A program made the translations under genes and the position numbers. The notes beneath the pieces are model-generated. The model saw only the letters and a program-made list of their open reading frames with translations. It ran no database searches and was not told where the DNA came from. Below, one piece after another: positions 8,757-20,900 of a stretch of 64,000 nucleotides of DNA. The stretch's first letter is position 1; each line of letters opens with the position of its first letter. Origin of the DNA: a virus; IMG/VR virus record IMGVR_UViG_3300046674_000362, positions 21,482-85,481 of that record; one strand, given 5' to 3'.

Positions 8757-10877
8757 TTACCCGCTGATGCCTCCGGTTGCGATCTGCGCCAGCCTGCGGT
8801 CGCGCACGTCCTGATTCGCCATCTGGTCGTTCGCCAGCGTCACGACCGTAGGGCCATCGCTGTTCAGCTTTACCGGGACTTCCGCGCGGGGCGCAGCCGA
8901 CGGCACCGGCGGGGCGCTGACCGCCGCCGCTGGGATACTGGCCGGGGGAGGCAGGCGCGATAGGCCGGGGGCGGTCGTCGTCACGCTTGGAACGCTTGCG
9001 CCTGGGGCGGCCGTCGCTATCGGCACCGGCCCGCTCGCGGCCGGGGTGGCGGCTGTCTGCGACGACTTGCCGATGATCGGGCTGGCGCGAGCTTCCAGCG
9101 CCGCGCTGTTCTTGTCCATGTACTCCTTGGCCGTCTTGGAGCCCGCACCGTAGTTCTTCGCTACCGCGCCCTGCGTCGCTTCGGAGAGCTGGCTGATCGT
9201 CTTGCCGCTCGCAGCGCCCGCAATCAGCTCCTTGGCCGCATCCGGCCCCAGTTGGTGCATCATGTACAGGTTTTCGGCCGTCGCGGGCAATCGGGCTTTC
9301 CGCAGGATGTCCGCGTTCTGCTTTGCCAGGGCGATGCCGCCAGCGATGTTCTGGTCCTCGTTGAAGCGATCCCGCACGCCGATGCCGGACGCGGTTTTCC
9401 CGGTGAGCTGCATGACGCCGATAGCGCCAGTTGAAGAAACGGCGTTCGGATTGCCACCCGACTCCATCGCCGCGAACTTCAGCATCGTTTCCGGGTTCTC
9501 CCCGGCCGCCTTTGCCTGGGCGATGATCTTGTCCCGCACGCGATCAGACATGCCGCCCCTCGGGTTGGCGCTGGTGTCTGCGCCGCTGGCCTTGAGCTGG
9601 CGGATTCGCTCTGCCTCGGCATCGGTATAGCGCCCATTCTCGGCCAGGGATTCGCCGCCCTTGATGCCGCTGAAGTTGGCCTTGTGCCGGTAGCCGGGCA
9701 TGATTTTTTCGAGCCAAGAGCCGCCCTTTGTCTGGATCGCATCGGATGCGCCACCGATGCCGCCCTTGATGTCCACGCCGGTTGCGCTCTTGATCGCATC
9801 GTTCGCCGCGTTCCCCATGTTGCCGACGATGTTGAGCTTTTCCTTCAGGAAGTTCGCAATCGGCTCCCACAGGCCCATGAACTTTTGGAGAACGTTGTCC
9901 CATGCCTTGCCGATCCGGTCGCTCAGCGCCATCCATCCGGCCGTGAGCGCACCGATAATCGCGATCCCGACTGGGCTGAAAATCAGCTTGATCGCCTGCA
10001 TGATGATCCCGTCGCCGTCGCCGCCACTGCCGCCGCCGTTGCCTTTGATCGCGCGTACCTCGGCCTGACTAAATTCGCGGTCCTCCTTGCGCATCAGGCG
10101 CAGTTGCACGAGCATGCGGCGATACCACGGTACGGCCGAATCGCGCTCCTTCTGGCCTCCGCTGAAGCCCCGGCCGATCACTGCCTTGCCGACCGCACCA
10201 ATGCCCTTCAACGGGCCTGCAACCATGTTGCGCAGCTCGTTCGCCGCCTCAATCGCCGGGTCGATCTTTTCCAGCTCGCCGCTACTGCTCATGCCGCCCT
10301 TGATGACATCCTTCAGCCGCGAAAGCATGCCATCCTTGTCGCCCTTCGTGCTGCCGCCGCCATCGCGGCCTTCGCCATTGCCGCCGCCCGAGCCGAAGCG
10401 CCCGCGCGCATCACGCGGCTGGGCGCTGGCAGCGCTTGGCTCATTGCCCTGGTTGCGCTGGGATTCTTCCGCCCGGCGCGCGCTGGCGGCCTGCTGCGCC
10501 TGCTGGCGCGTAAGCTGGTTCACGGCTCGCTCGACCGTCGCCCCGGCCTCGGCCTGGGGGATGCTTGCCACGAATCGGCCGGTCTGCGGATCGCGCTGGC
10601 GCGTGCTGGCGCTTCCTGCGGCCAGGGGCGGGCTCGATGGGTCGCCACGCTGTCCGCTTGCCGCCGCTCGGGCGCTGCCGCCGCTGCCGCCGCTCGGGCG
10701 CTGGCGGCTGCTGGCGCTGGTCGTGCGCGCCCGCTGGAGCACGCTGGAGCGCGCACGCCCGCTCAGCAATCGAATCAGCGTGCTCGTGTCGCGCTTGATG
10801 CCCTTCAGGAGCGGCGTCGCCGCGTCGGCGCTCAGCCTGCGATCCGCGATGAGAAAGCCATTGTTGTCTGAATCCAC
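8757..10877 (-). CDS. tape measure / lytic transglycosylase (P1 Sit-like)
   Basis: SLT motifs AAMESGGNPNAVS and GAIGVMQL; predicted TM segment; Ala/Gly-rich. Confidence 0.8.
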   Translation of the reverse strand: MDSDNNGFLIADRRLSADAATPLLKGIKRDTSTLIRLLSGRARSSVLQRARTTSASSRQRPSGGSGGSARAAASGQRGDPSSPPLAAGSASTRQRDPQTGRFVASIPQAEAGATVERAVNQLTRQQAQQAASARRAEESQRNQGNEPSAASAQPRDARGRFGSGGGNGEGRDGGGSTKGDKDGMLSRLKDVIKGGMSSSGELEKIDPAIEAANELRNMVAGPLKGIGAVGKAVIGRGFSGGQKERDSAVPWYRRMLVQLRLMRKEDREFSQAEVRAIKGNGGGSGGDGDGIIMQAIKLIFSPVGIAIIGALTAGWMALSDRIGKAWDNVLQKFMGLWEPIANFLKEKLNIVGNMGNAANDAIKSATGVDIKGGIGGASDAIQTKGGSWLEKIMPGYRHKANFSGIKGGESLAENGRYTDAEAERIRQLKASGADTSANPRGGMSDRVRDKIIAQAKAAGENPETMLKFAAMESGGNPNAVSSTGAIGVMQLTGKTASGIGVRDRFNEDQNIAGGIALAKQNADILRKARLPATAENLYMMHQLGPDAAKELIAGAASGKTISQLSEATQGAVAKNYGAGSKTAKEYMDKNSAALEARASPIIGKSSQTAATPAASGPVPIATAAPGASVPSVTTTAPGLSRLPPPASIPAAAVSAPPVPSAAPRAEVPVKLNSDGPTVVTLANDQMANQDVRDRRLAQIATGGISG

Positions 10878-10892
10878 TTGTTGCCGCTCCTG

Positions 10893-11666
10893 TTACATGA
10901 AGGTGTCGAACTGGGTAAATACTAGTTGGAGCTGCTGGAGCGTGTCATCGCTGCGCGACAGCTCAATATCAATCGAGGATGGGCGCACCACGAAGGTTTC
11001 CTTGTAGCTGCCGAACAGCGAGCCGCCGATTTCGTCAATGGCCGACTGGGTGACGCGCATGGTGATGAGGTAATCGACCGGCAGGCCAATGGTCCCGTCC
11101 TGATGCTCGATCTTGGAACACTTGGCATCGAACCACTTCCTGATCGTGCCCTTCGTATCGTCGTAGGTCGTGATGCGCAGCTCGACCCGCTCGGACCCGG
11201 TTACGATGTCAAACTGCGCCATCCCGACGGCCTTGGCCTCACTGGTGATCGTCCACGGCCCGTAGGCCACGTCGGTGGCGAACAGGTTGAAGGCATGGCT
11301 GATGTCCTTGGAGCCACTCGGGGGCTTCCAGTCCTCGATTTCGAGGAACCACAGATTTTTCTTGGAATACTGCGTCGCCTGGACTTCGGCTGCGATCCGG
11401 CGCGCTTCGTCCAGCGTGATCCCGCCCAGCAGCGGGTTTTTCTTCAGCGCCTTGGCGATCTTGCCGGTGACAAACCCGGTGAGGCCATCGGCCACCGCAC
11501 CCGCGAGGTCGCCGCGCAGGGCGCGCGAGGCGGCCCCTTGCAGGCTTTTCGGCACGAACTTGCCGATCACGGAATTTCCGAGCGACTGGCCGATAGCGCC
11601 CAGCGAGGGAATCCGGCTCGATACGTTGGCCGTTATCTGACTTGCGATGGAGTCGAACAGGCTCAT
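10893..11666 (-). CDS. tail/baseplate tube-initiator-like protein
   Basis: 257 aa between portal and tape measure; tube-like C-terminus (IELSRSDDTLQQLQLVFTQFD). Confidence 0.55.
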   Translation of the reverse strand: MSLFDSIASQITANVSSRIPSLGAIGQSLGNSVIGKFVPKSLQGAASRALRGDLAGAVADGLTGFVTGKIAKALKKNPLLGGITLDEARRIAAEVQATQYSKKNLWFLEIEDWKPPSGSKDISHAFNLFATDVAYGPWTITSEAKAVGMAQFDIVTGSERVELRITTYDDTKGTIRKWFDAKCSKIEHQDGTIGLPVDYLITMRVTQSAIDEIGGSLFGSYKETFVVRPSSIDIELSRSDDTLQQLQLVFTQFDTFM

Positions 11667-13243
11667 CCTTCAGCGCCTCCACCGGCACCGCCGAATCCAC
11701 CGCCACCGCCACCGAATCCGCCGCCGCTGCCGTCATCTTCGGCCGGGGGCTTCGCCATGCCCTTGACGATCAGATCGGCCTGATCCTCGTCCAGCAGCAT
11801 GATCTTGGTCAGCACCTCCTTCAGCGCCGCATCATCCAGCCTCAAGTCGCGCAACTGGGCAAGTGTCTGCGCCATGATCGCGCCGGTATTCATTGCCTCG
11901 GACTTGGTTTTCTGGCGCTCAGTTTCGAGCGCGCTGATGGTGCCGTAGAAGTTGACTACCCAGGGGCGCTCATCGGCCGTGAACACATAGCCGTATTTGC
12001 TGTACGTGTGGATGTCGATGACATGGTTGAAGAACTCCGTCATGCCCACGCGCAGCAGGCGCGAGCGCTCTGCGGCCTGCGCCGAGGTGCGGAAGAACCC
12101 GCCGTCACCCAAACCTCCCGACAGCAGCTCGGCAAAGCCCAGCATGGACAGGTCGATCCCCAGCGCAGCGGCCAGCATCTTCGCGTGAAACAGCACGTCC
12201 TCGATACTGATGCTGCCACTCGTGCCGCGCCCACCGCCGCCCGTCAGCGTGCCATTCAGGGCGGTGAGCTGCTTGTCGCCGTAGACCGGCATCAGGTTGT
12301 AGACGCGGGACAGGACCGGCCTGCCCGATGCGATAGCTTCCTCGGCGCGCTTTTTCGATGCGGTCAGGATCGACTTCAGGTTCGTCATGTAGGACTTGCG
12401 CTGCTCCTTCGTCATGCTGTCCATGTTCACGGTCAGCATGGACTCGTCAATCGAGTCGAGCACCCGCTGGCCGACAAGACCGGCGAGGGCCGCCGACAGC
12501 GCATCGTATGGACCTTCGGCGCTGTCGAGGAACGAGCCGCCGATCAGCGACGGCAGCAGCGGCAATTCGTTGATGTCGTCCTCCTTGAGCGCCAGCCGGA
12601 TCGACTTCTCGACGGCGCGCACCTGGGGGATGTAGACCATGCGCGGCATCTTCATGCGCGCCATCTGGTCGAGGCCCAGGCGCTCGGTGAACTTCGGGCC
12701 AGATGCGACGACAAAGCCCACCGTCGTGTTACCCCGTTCGTAGGATGTCACCATCGCCGGATGCACGATTTCGTCCACGTAGACATCGACCACGCCGCGT
12801 TTGCCGTCGGTGTACACGCGGCCGTAGGCGTCGCCATAGGCTGCGCCGTGGAAGCCGACTGTATAGGCGATGCGGTTCAGGAGCGGGGCCAGATCGGCGC
12901 GGATTTCATCGACAATCTTCTGTTTGGCCTTGTCATCCTTGAAAGCGGCCGCAGCCTCCAGAAACACCACGTCACCGGATGTCTCATGCCCTCCCAGGGC
13001 GGCCGTGACGTGCAGGCGCAGGGCCGTGGAAATGATGGGATCGCCCACCATTTCAATCCACTTCTGGTAAATCTGCTGGCGGTTCCGCGCAAGCCGCTTC
13101 GTACTGCCCAGCAGCATCGAAACGGACAGGCCATCGGTCATTGCATCCGATTCCTCGGCCTGCCCGATCTGGTGGCTGGCGACGTGCTTGCGGCCGAAAA
13201 GGCTGGCGATAAACCCTTTGACGCGGCTATCTGATTGGGGCAT
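11663..13243 (-). CDS. prt: portal protein (P1 Prt-like)
   Basis: 526 aa; ALGIDLSMLGFAELLSGGLGDGGFFRTSAQAA matches recalled P1 Prt. Confidence 0.85.
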   Translation of the reverse strand: MPQSDSRVKGFIASLFGRKHVASHQIGQAEESDAMTDGLSVSMLLGSTKRLARNRQQIYQKWIEMVGDPIISTALRLHVTAALGGHETSGDVVFLEAAAAFKDDKAKQKIVDEIRADLAPLLNRIAYTVGFHGAAYGDAYGRVYTDGKRGVVDVYVDEIVHPAMVTSYERGNTTVGFVVASGPKFTERLGLDQMARMKMPRMVYIPQVRAVEKSIRLALKEDDINELPLLPSLIGGSFLDSAEGPYDALSAALAGLVGQRVLDSIDESMLTVNMDSMTKEQRKSYMTNLKSILTASKKRAEEAIASGRPVLSRVYNLMPVYGDKQLTALNGTLTGGGGRGTSGSISIEDVLFHAKMLAAALGIDLSMLGFAELLSGGLGDGGFFRTSAQAAERSRLLRVGMTEFFNHVIDIHTYSKYGYVFTADERPWVVNFYGTISALETERQKTKSEAMNTGAIMAQTLAQLRDLRLDDAALKEVLTKIMLLDEDQADLIVKGMAKPPAEDDGSGGGFGGGGGGFGGAGGGAEG

Positions 13244-13272
13244 GGCTGCTCATGGTAATGAATCCAACAGCC

Positions 13273-13314
13273 ATTGTTGCGCCTGCCGAGGGGAGGCCCG
13301 GCGCTGATTTTCCT
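13273..13314 (-). promoter_or_regulatory. putative late promoter AGGAAAA-N29-AACAAT
   Basis: Motif copy 4; upstream of portal. Confidence 0.7.
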
Positions 13315-13320
13315 GCAATG

Positions 13321-13346
13321 AAAAAAGCCCGCTCGGGGCGGGCTTC
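13321..13346 (-). terminator. intrinsic terminator
   Basis: AGCCCGCCCCGAGCGGGCT plus T-run on minus strand. Confidence 0.7.
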
Positions 13347-13366
13347 TGGCGGGCTGGTGCTGGGGA

Positions 13367-13723
13367 TCAGGGCATCCACTCGCCCGCTTCGTTGCGCATC
13401 GGGAGGTCGCGGCCGCGCTCCATCGACGCGGTATCCTCTTGGGTCCAGTGCCCACTGTCGAACGCATCGCGGTCGGATTCCGTGCTGTCCCAGCGGTGAG
13501 GCTGGCCGTCGTAGTGCCATTCCGCGCCCAGGGACTCGCCCGAGCAAGTGCGGGGCTTACCATCCGGGTCCGTATAGTGGACGCAGCCGCCAAAATCCGG
13601 CTCCGGGGTTTCCAGCTCGGTCACGGTGGCCGCGAACGGCCCGCCGAGGCCCAGCACGGTGATGGTGCTGCCTACGCCGATCACCTCGCCGCTGTCGGTG
13701 AGGATCAGTTCAAACTTGCTCAT
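13367..13723 (-). CDS. hypothetical protein
   Basis: 118 aa with GAAAGG RBS; second gene of a promoter-headed cassette. Confidence 0.65.
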   Translation of the reverse strand: MSKFELILTDSGEVIGVGSTITVLGLGGPFAATVTELETPEPDFGGCVHYTDPDGKPRTCSGESLGAEWHYDGQPHRWDSTESDRDAFDSGHWTQEDTASMERGRDLPMRNEAGEWMP

Positions 13724-13753
13724 GGTGAGTACCTTTCGTGTTGGTCGTTCGGG

Positions 13754-14347
13754 TCAGAATGGGATGTCGTCTGGAATTGCAGCAATGCGGGCACGCTCGG
13801 CGTCGCTCATCGGCGGCAGCGGCTTATACAGCTCCGGGCGCAGGGCGCGCATCCGTGCGCCGATCAACTCAGCCTCGGCCAGCAGCTTGCCCTTCTCATC
13901 ATCCGAGCGCTGAGCCCAGCAGGATGGATGCTGCCCCGGCCCGGCGTCGCCGAACATGGCGCACTCGGAACGGTATTGTGTCATGCGCTCGGCGGCGCTT
14001 TCGTCAATCTCGTTGATGATTTCGCCGATTTCGTTGTGCCGCGCTTCGAGGGCGTCATAGTCGTCCGACAGCAGCAGATCAGGGACGGCCGCCACCGGCT
14101 CGGCCTCGGGCTCGCAGTTGCGCAGGAACACCACGACGGTGCCGTAGTCGGACACGGCGCGGACGCTCTTGACCGCGCGCACGGTCGGCAGCTCGTCGGC
14201 CGGGGTGTCATGGAACTGCTCGCGGATCGCGGTTTCCAGGGAGTGCCCAGCCATTTCGGCGAAGCGGGCCATTGCCTTGTCGATGCTCTTGTAGCTGCGG
14301 CGGTCGCTGCCGTCAACGTCGCGGGTGTGTACGGTGTAGTTGCTCAT
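13754..14347 (-). CDS. hypothetical protein ending DDIPF (SSB-like acidic tail)
   Basis: Start re-set to MSNYTVH after GGAGAGGA; C-terminal IPDDIPF. Confidence 0.65.
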   Translation of the reverse strand: MSNYTVHTRDVDGSDRRSYKSIDKAMARFAEMAGHSLETAIREQFHDTPADELPTVRAVKSVRAVSDYGTVVVFLRNCEPEAEPVAAVPDLLLSDDYDALEARHNEIGEIINEIDESAAERMTQYRSECAMFGDAGPGQHPSCWAQRSDDEKGKLLAEAELIGARMRALRPELYKPLPPMSDAERARIAAIPDDIPF

Positions 14348-14390
14348 GGTCTGGTCCTCTCCGGTCGCTGCGCCGTGGCGCTGTCTCAAT

Positions 14391-14427
14391 GAATCGAATT
14401 GTACGCGCTCACAATTTGAATCGTCAA
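14391..14427 (-). promoter_or_regulatory. repeated sigma70 promoter with palindromic operator, copy 1
   Basis: TTGACG-ATTCAAATTGTGAGCGCG-TACAAT on minus strand. Confidence 0.85.
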
Positions 14428-14452
14428 GCGGTTCTTTTTTGTGACGCAAACG

Positions 14453-14477
14453 AAAAAGCCCGGACGTGCCGGGCTTC
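14453..14477 (-). terminator. intrinsic terminator
   Basis: GCCCGGCACGTCCGGGC plus T5; same hairpin as at 57170-57193. Confidence 0.7.
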
Positions 14478-14497
14478 GATGGGAGGGGAGGGAGGCG

Positions 14498-14905
14498 TCA
14501 GGCGCGCGCGGCCTGATCCGGGTCGTACAGCACCAGCGTGCCCGCAGGCAGCTCGTATTCAGAGGTCAGCACGCCCACGCCGCCAATGTTGTCGTCGCCG
14601 AACTCCCAGGCGGCCAGCAAAGTGAGTTCCGGGCTCACCGCGCCGTCCTCGCCCTTGATGGCGTATTCGTCCGCCCAGGTCGGCTCATCATAGGTGCCGA
14701 CGGCCAGCCCGCCCGCGCGCAGGATACGCTTCATGGCCCACCAGTACGGGCCGTAGCGCAGGTACGCCGTCAGGCTTTTCCCGAGCACCTTGCGGGTTTG
14801 CTCGATGAAGATGGGCAGCAGCGGCTTGCCGCCGACTTGCTTGGACAGGTCGGCCAGCTTTCCGCGCAGGTAGTTCGGGTCGATCTTGTAGTCTGGTTCG
14901 CTCAT
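14498..14905 (-). CDS. ulx: Ulx-like antirestriction accessory protein
   Basis: YLRYGPYWWAMKRIL resembles P1 Ulx YRSYGPYW; directly downstream of darB as in P1. Confidence 0.75.
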   Translation of the reverse strand: MSEPDYKIDPNYLRGKLADLSKQVGGKPLLPIFIEQTRKVLGKSLTAYLRYGPYWWAMKRILRAGGLAVGTYDEPTWADEYAIKGEDGAVSPELTLLAAWEFGDDNIGGVGVLTSEYELPAGTLVLYDPDQAARA

Positions 14906-14951
14906 ATCGTTCTATCGTTGGTGCCGCCCCGGAGTGGGGCGGCAGGTTATG

Positions 14952-17900
14952 TTACACGAGGTAGTCTTTGATGTTCAGCCCCAGGTGCGCAAACAGCGAT
15001 GCCACCGAAGCCACGTCCTTGCCATCGCTGAACTTCTCGCCGTCCTTGATGGTCAGGCGGAATGCCTTGCTCACGTTGTCGAACGTGCGGCCTTGCAATC
15101 CGGCTGCGCCTGCGGTGGCGATCTTTTCATGGGTCGGCGAACCGCGAGTCGTTTTAAGCAGAATGTATTCGTTGGCCTTGTAGAAGTAGCTCGCGGAATA
15201 GCGGTCTGCCGTTTTCATGTCGTCCAGGGTGCCCAGCTCGGCCGAGTTGACGCCCGGCACGCGGCGCAGCGCCTTGAGCATCCCGTCGAGGTCCACGCCT
15301 GCGGCATCAAGCGACTGCTTGGCGTTGTAGCCCTTGGCGTAGCTCCGCAGGCTCGACCAGATCGCGCCCACGTATTCCTGGGTGAGCTTTGCCGCCGTCG
15401 CCCAGTCCTTGACGTACATGCGCGCCGAGGCCGGGAGTTCTTGGCTGCTGCGGGCATTGTCCGCGCCCGCCACCAGCTCGACATACTCGCCGGTTTCCTT
15501 GAACAGCAGCTCGGCGAGCGCGCGGCCGTTCTTCTCGTAGAAAGCAAAGTCCGGTGAATAGCTGGGCGCGGCCATGATTTCGCTCGCCAGCGTCCCATCC
15601 TGCACGGCCTTGGAAATCGCAGCATACGCTGGGGAGGTGATGACGTACTTGCTCGACTCAGGGAACAGATGCCAGCGCTCCACACCATCATCAATCTTGT
15701 TGCGGGTCTTGGTGTAGGTGGAGTACAGGTAGCCCAGTGCGTCCTCCAGCGAGTCGATTTCCGCGACTTGCTGCTCGGTGCGGAACCAGTTCAGCGCCCA
15801 GGTGTCCAGCTCGTCCGGCGACTTCACGCTTGCCACGCCGCCCGGCAGCGCCAGCTTGAACGCCTCGTCAATGTCCAGCGCGGCGAGCGCCTTGCCGATG
15901 GTCAGGCCCGGCGTGATGGCGTCCAGATCGGCCTTCGTGACACGCAGCTTGTGCGCCACGACGTACACGGCCAGCTCCTTGAACTTGGCTTCGGGCGTCG
16001 CATAGCCGCCGTCACCGACGTTGCGCAGGTCGGTCAGGATGATCTGGCGATAGCCCTTGCCGTAGGACTGGATCAACGGCGCTTGCTCGGCCCTGATCTT
16101 GTCCGTCAGCTCGCCGCCCTTGGCATCCTGATCCAGCACGAACGGGAAGTAGGGCGCTTTGAAGCGGAAGCTGTCTGCGGTCATGGCGGCCGACGGAATC
16201 GGAACGTCCAGCGCCTCGCGCACGTCGGCCACCAGGGACGAATACAGCGACAGGTCGCTGGCCGTGAACGCGCCAACGGTTGCGATGGTCGCCTTGTCAG
16301 CCGCGACGGCGCGCGCTACCGTGGCCGCCCATTCCTCGGAGCCGCGTGCGATGAAGGTTGCGCCAGTCATGCGCAGCAGCTCGGTATCGGTCAGGTCGGC
16401 CGGGTTGAAGCCCACCAGACTGGTGCCGCGTCCGCGCGTCGGCTTGCGCACGACCAGCAGCTTGTTTTCAAAGTCCACGAAGCTGCCCACCACGGCCAGC
16501 GAGCCGGTCACGATTTCCGCCTCGCCCGCGTTGAAGGCGTCCAGATCGTCCTTGCTGTAGCCGTCGCCCGCGCGCATGTTGAAGCTCACGGCCGCCTCGT
16601 CCCTCATGCGGGTGGCGATGCCCAGGTCTTTCTGCCAGTTCGCATAGGCTGCCGTTTCCTTCATGGCGTCGGTAAGCCCGCCGAATTCGGACGGCGCAAC
16701 CGGCGTGCCGCGCGAATCGAGAGACAGGCCGCCCAGCAGCGAGAGCTGGTCCTTACGCTTGGATTCCAGTTCGGTGATCTGCCGGGACAGGCGAGCGGCC
16801 AGAATCGGGCCTTCGGTTTCGGACAGGCGCTCTTGCAACTTGTCGATGGCGCTGCGGGTCTGGTTCGCAGCCGCGAGCTTGGCCTTGACCCATTCCACGA
16901 AGCCGGTCAGCGGGCGATGCGCCGAGCCCTCGCCGTACTTGGCGAGCCACTTGGTCTGCGCGTCGATGATGCGCAGGCTTTGGAGCTGGGCCACGCGCAC
17001 GGCCGCGCGCTTCTGGCGCTTCTGGCGCTGCTCAATTTCCTCGCTGATGCGGTTCATCGCGCCAGCGTCGCCGACGGCGTTCGCCAGCAGCTCGTAGTCC
17101 TCCTTACTCATATCGCCCTCAATCTTGATCGAGGTCGAATCGCCATTCATCAGCGAGCCGATCCAATCGGCCTTGATGCCCACGAGCTTGCGCTTGTAGC
17201 CGTCGAACGTGCCGTCGGCGTCGTAGTGGTACACGCTCACTTTCGATACCGGGTTGCCCTGACGGACGCCGCGACCGTTGCGCTGATGGATCGAGTCAGG
17301 CGTCCAGCCGATAGTCATGTGGTGGATCGCTTGGCAGCCTTTTTGCAGGTTGATGCCCACCTCGGCCTTTTTGTTCGCAATAACGACGGTGTATTTATTG
17401 TCCTCGCCATCGGCGTTGAAACCGTCCTGCACGTCCTGCATACCGGCCGTGTCCACGGAAACCGCGTTGACGATCTTGATTTTCGATGCCGGGACGCCCA
17501 CCGCCTGCGTCAGCGCCAGCTTGATCTTGTGGTGCAAGCTCAGCTCATCGCAGAAAATGATCTGCTTGGCCTGCCCCATCCAGCGCGGCGTCGCGGCTTC
17601 GTTGCGGAAGTTCTCGATCATCGCGGCCAGCTTCGGGCTGATGCTTACCGACGGCTCGATGTCTTGCGCCGCCAGCAGCTTCAGCAGCACGTCCTGCGTC
17701 TCGAAGTCGGTAGACAGCAGCTCAACAGCCCGGCCATCGGCGGCCGCGCGGGTGCGCACGGTGATGAGGAACTTGGTGACGGACTCGCCGGTTTCCACGT
17801 CCTTGACCACGCGGGTTTTGATGTCGGCCGGGTCAGCGTTCGGGTCGCTGTAGTCGCGTTCTTCGACAACGTTTTTCTTGTTGAATGCCGCGATGGCCTT

Positions 17901-20900
17901 GGCCGCACCTTCAGCCTGGGCCGCCGTGTGCTTGAACTTGAAAATGCCGCCGTCCAGCTCGCGGTCGTTGATTACCCGAGTCATTTTGCGGATCAGGTTG
18001 AACGGGCTTGCGGCCAGCTTTTCCTCGGCCGTCGCACCGCCAGCCTTGACTGCCTCGACCGCATCCATGTACTCGTCCTTGTAGCCCAGGATGGTGCTCA
18101 TCGCGTCCGAGCCGATGTCCACCGAGACAGCCACCTCATCGGCATCCGGCACCGAGATATTCAGGCCGTCGGCCTTCACATCCTCGGCGGTCTTGATGAC
18201 GGCAGAGGTTTGCAGCAGGCGGCGCAGAAGGCCCGCATTGGACAGGCCGCCGAACACGCGCACCGGGCGCATGATGCCGACAATGTTTTCTTCCTCGCGC
18301 TCGTCAATGTCGCAGGCGGCCGCCATGAAGGAATCCGCGCCGGTCACGCCGTACATGGAGTTGACTTCACGCTCGCCCAGCGCCAGCGTCAGCATCGCAT
18401 AGACTTCCAGCGGGGAGTTCGTCACCGGGGTCGCGGTCAGCGACAGCACGCCATCGTTGCGCGGCGACAGGCCACGGATGAACCATGCTTTCGCCTGCAT
18501 GTCCATGCCGCGCTGTGACTTGGACGGGTCAGCCAGATACTTCGCGCCCTTGAACTGGGAGCTGGTCATCTTGCTGTTTTTGTAGTTGTGCGCCTCGTCC
18601 AGCACCAGCGAGTCCACGCCCATATCCTCGAAGTAGGGCAGCGCGCCGGACTTCTCGCCGGTATCCTTCACGGCCTTGGATTTGCTGTCGGCGGCGATGT
18701 TGGCCTTCTTCTTATTCGCATCTTCCTCGGCCAGCAGGTAGGCATCATCGTTCTCCGTCAGGTATTGGATGTACGCCTGCATGGTTTCGTCGCGCAGCGG
18801 GATCATCTTGAACGCCTCCAGCGTCATGAAGATTTTGCTGTGACGGTTCTCGCGGATCGCGTTCAGGTCGGCTTTCACCTGGGCGGCGTCGATCTTGTCC
18901 TTGCCGTTCTTGCCCTTGACCAGTCCCACGTACAGGCAATCGGACGTGTCCAGATACGCCTTGCCGCTTTCCTTCTTCCAGTTGGTCAGGGTGGCGTTCG
19001 GCACCACGAAGATGGTCTTGCGCTTGACGCCGATGCTCTGGCAATACTGGGCTGCCGCGAGCGCGGTCAGGGTCTTGCCGAGGCCCACGTCGAAGCCCAG
19101 GACGCCGCCGAAGTTGCGCGAGAACCGGCGCACGGCCGCATACTGGTAGGCGTGCGGGCGGAAGTCCAGCGAATTGAGGTTCGGGATTTCCAGCGGCGAG
19201 CCGTCCGGCTCCTGTACGAAGCGCAGCGCCTCGGGCGAGTTCAGGCGCGCATGGAGGCCCGCTTGCACTTCCTCGTTGGCGCGCGCCCAGGCGTCGAACT
19301 GGGCTTTCGCGCGGTCGGCGATTTCCTTGATGCGGCGGACCAATGCGGCTTCCTTGTCCGGGTCCGCCTCCACATCCACCTGCTTGTTCTGCGTCGTGAT
19401 GTTCTGGTTCTTGAGATAGCCCTTGACGAAGCGCTGCATGGCCTTGTGCGCGGCGGCTTCCTCCTCGGATGCCCACTTGCTCAGCGACGGCTGCTTAATG
19501 TCGAACACGTCGCGGCCCAGTGCGTCCTGGGTCATGAAAATGTCCGGGCTCACGTAGGCGCGCAGGAATTCCAGCTTTTGCAGCATCGTGACGTGCGGCG
19601 TGAACAGGCTGAACGTCATTTGCGACACATCGACCGGGTTCAAGCGGGCCTTGGCCGTCTCGTGCTGGCGCACCAGCTTGGTGCGGATCGCCGGATCGTC
19701 GCACGCTTCCAGCTCGGCGGCGGCCGCCTTCAGGAAGTCGGCATAGATGCCGGTGTAGTAGTCGTTGGCATGGATCACGGCCTTACCGTCGGCCGACACG
19801 CACCATTCCTCGTCGGTGAGCGGGTCGAAGCCCGAGAATGCCGCCTGCATCTTCTCGACCGGCACATAGCCCGATTCGTCCTCGGCTTCGTACTTGACCT
19901 TTTCGTATACCTGGGACGGGGTGAGGGCGATGGTCTGGAGGTCCGGGGCGATCTGGCCCAGCCAGAACGGGGTGAATTCGCCCTTGGTGCGGGCGGTGCG
20001 GATCGACAGCAAGCCATCCTTCACGACCTTGGCGGCGCGGCCGAGGGTCTTGTTGCCGTAGGACTGGACGCGCGCGAGCTGCGCCGACAGGACCGGGTAG
20101 CCGTCCTTGTAGTTGTACGGCTCAACGCTGCTGGCATCCTGCGACAGCCCCATGACGGCCAAGCCCGCGCTGATCGCTTCCCACCAGCTCTGGCGCTCGT
20201 TGTCGGCGAGCTGGTCGAGCGAATTGCGCACGGCCAGCAGCCAGTTCGGGGTGCTCATGTGGCGGCCCTTCAGGTTCTCGTAGGCGATCCAGCGCCCCAC
20301 CTGATCCCACTTGATGCCGTTGTTGACGCAATCCAGCGGGGTCTGCACCTTCTGCCCGATGGCCTGCATTTCCTTGTCCTCGCCCACGTTTGCGTCGAGC
20401 GCGACCCATGCGCCATCCTTCCATTCGAGGGTTTGGCCGTTCGAGTGGATCACGTCGCCGTCGGCGTACACGATAGGGGCGGTTTCGGTCGTGTTCAACA
20501 GCTCCCAGTCGATGTGCGACGCCGGGAAGCGCTTGATGAGCTTCGCGATGTTGCTGATGGTGTCGTTGTTGATGACGGCGGCGACTTCGCCATAGCGGCC
20601 GGTGGTCGTGCCTTCCTCGCCGAGAATGTACTTGCGGCCAGCGCCAACGAAGTATTTGCCGGACAAGAATTCATCCCACAGCACGCGCGCTTCGCCCAGG
20701 ATGGCCGGGTTCTGCTCTTGCAGCTCGGCGATCTTGGTCGCGGCTTCGCGGGAGAACTTGCGGAACACGATCAGGTCGGTGGTCACGTCGGCGGCGGCCG
20801 TCGTGAAAATCGAGTTGGGCAGGCGGTACGCGCCCAGGAATTCGGCCATGAGGCTGGCGCTGGTGCGCAGCTTCGATTCCTTGCTCGACAGGCCGGACAC

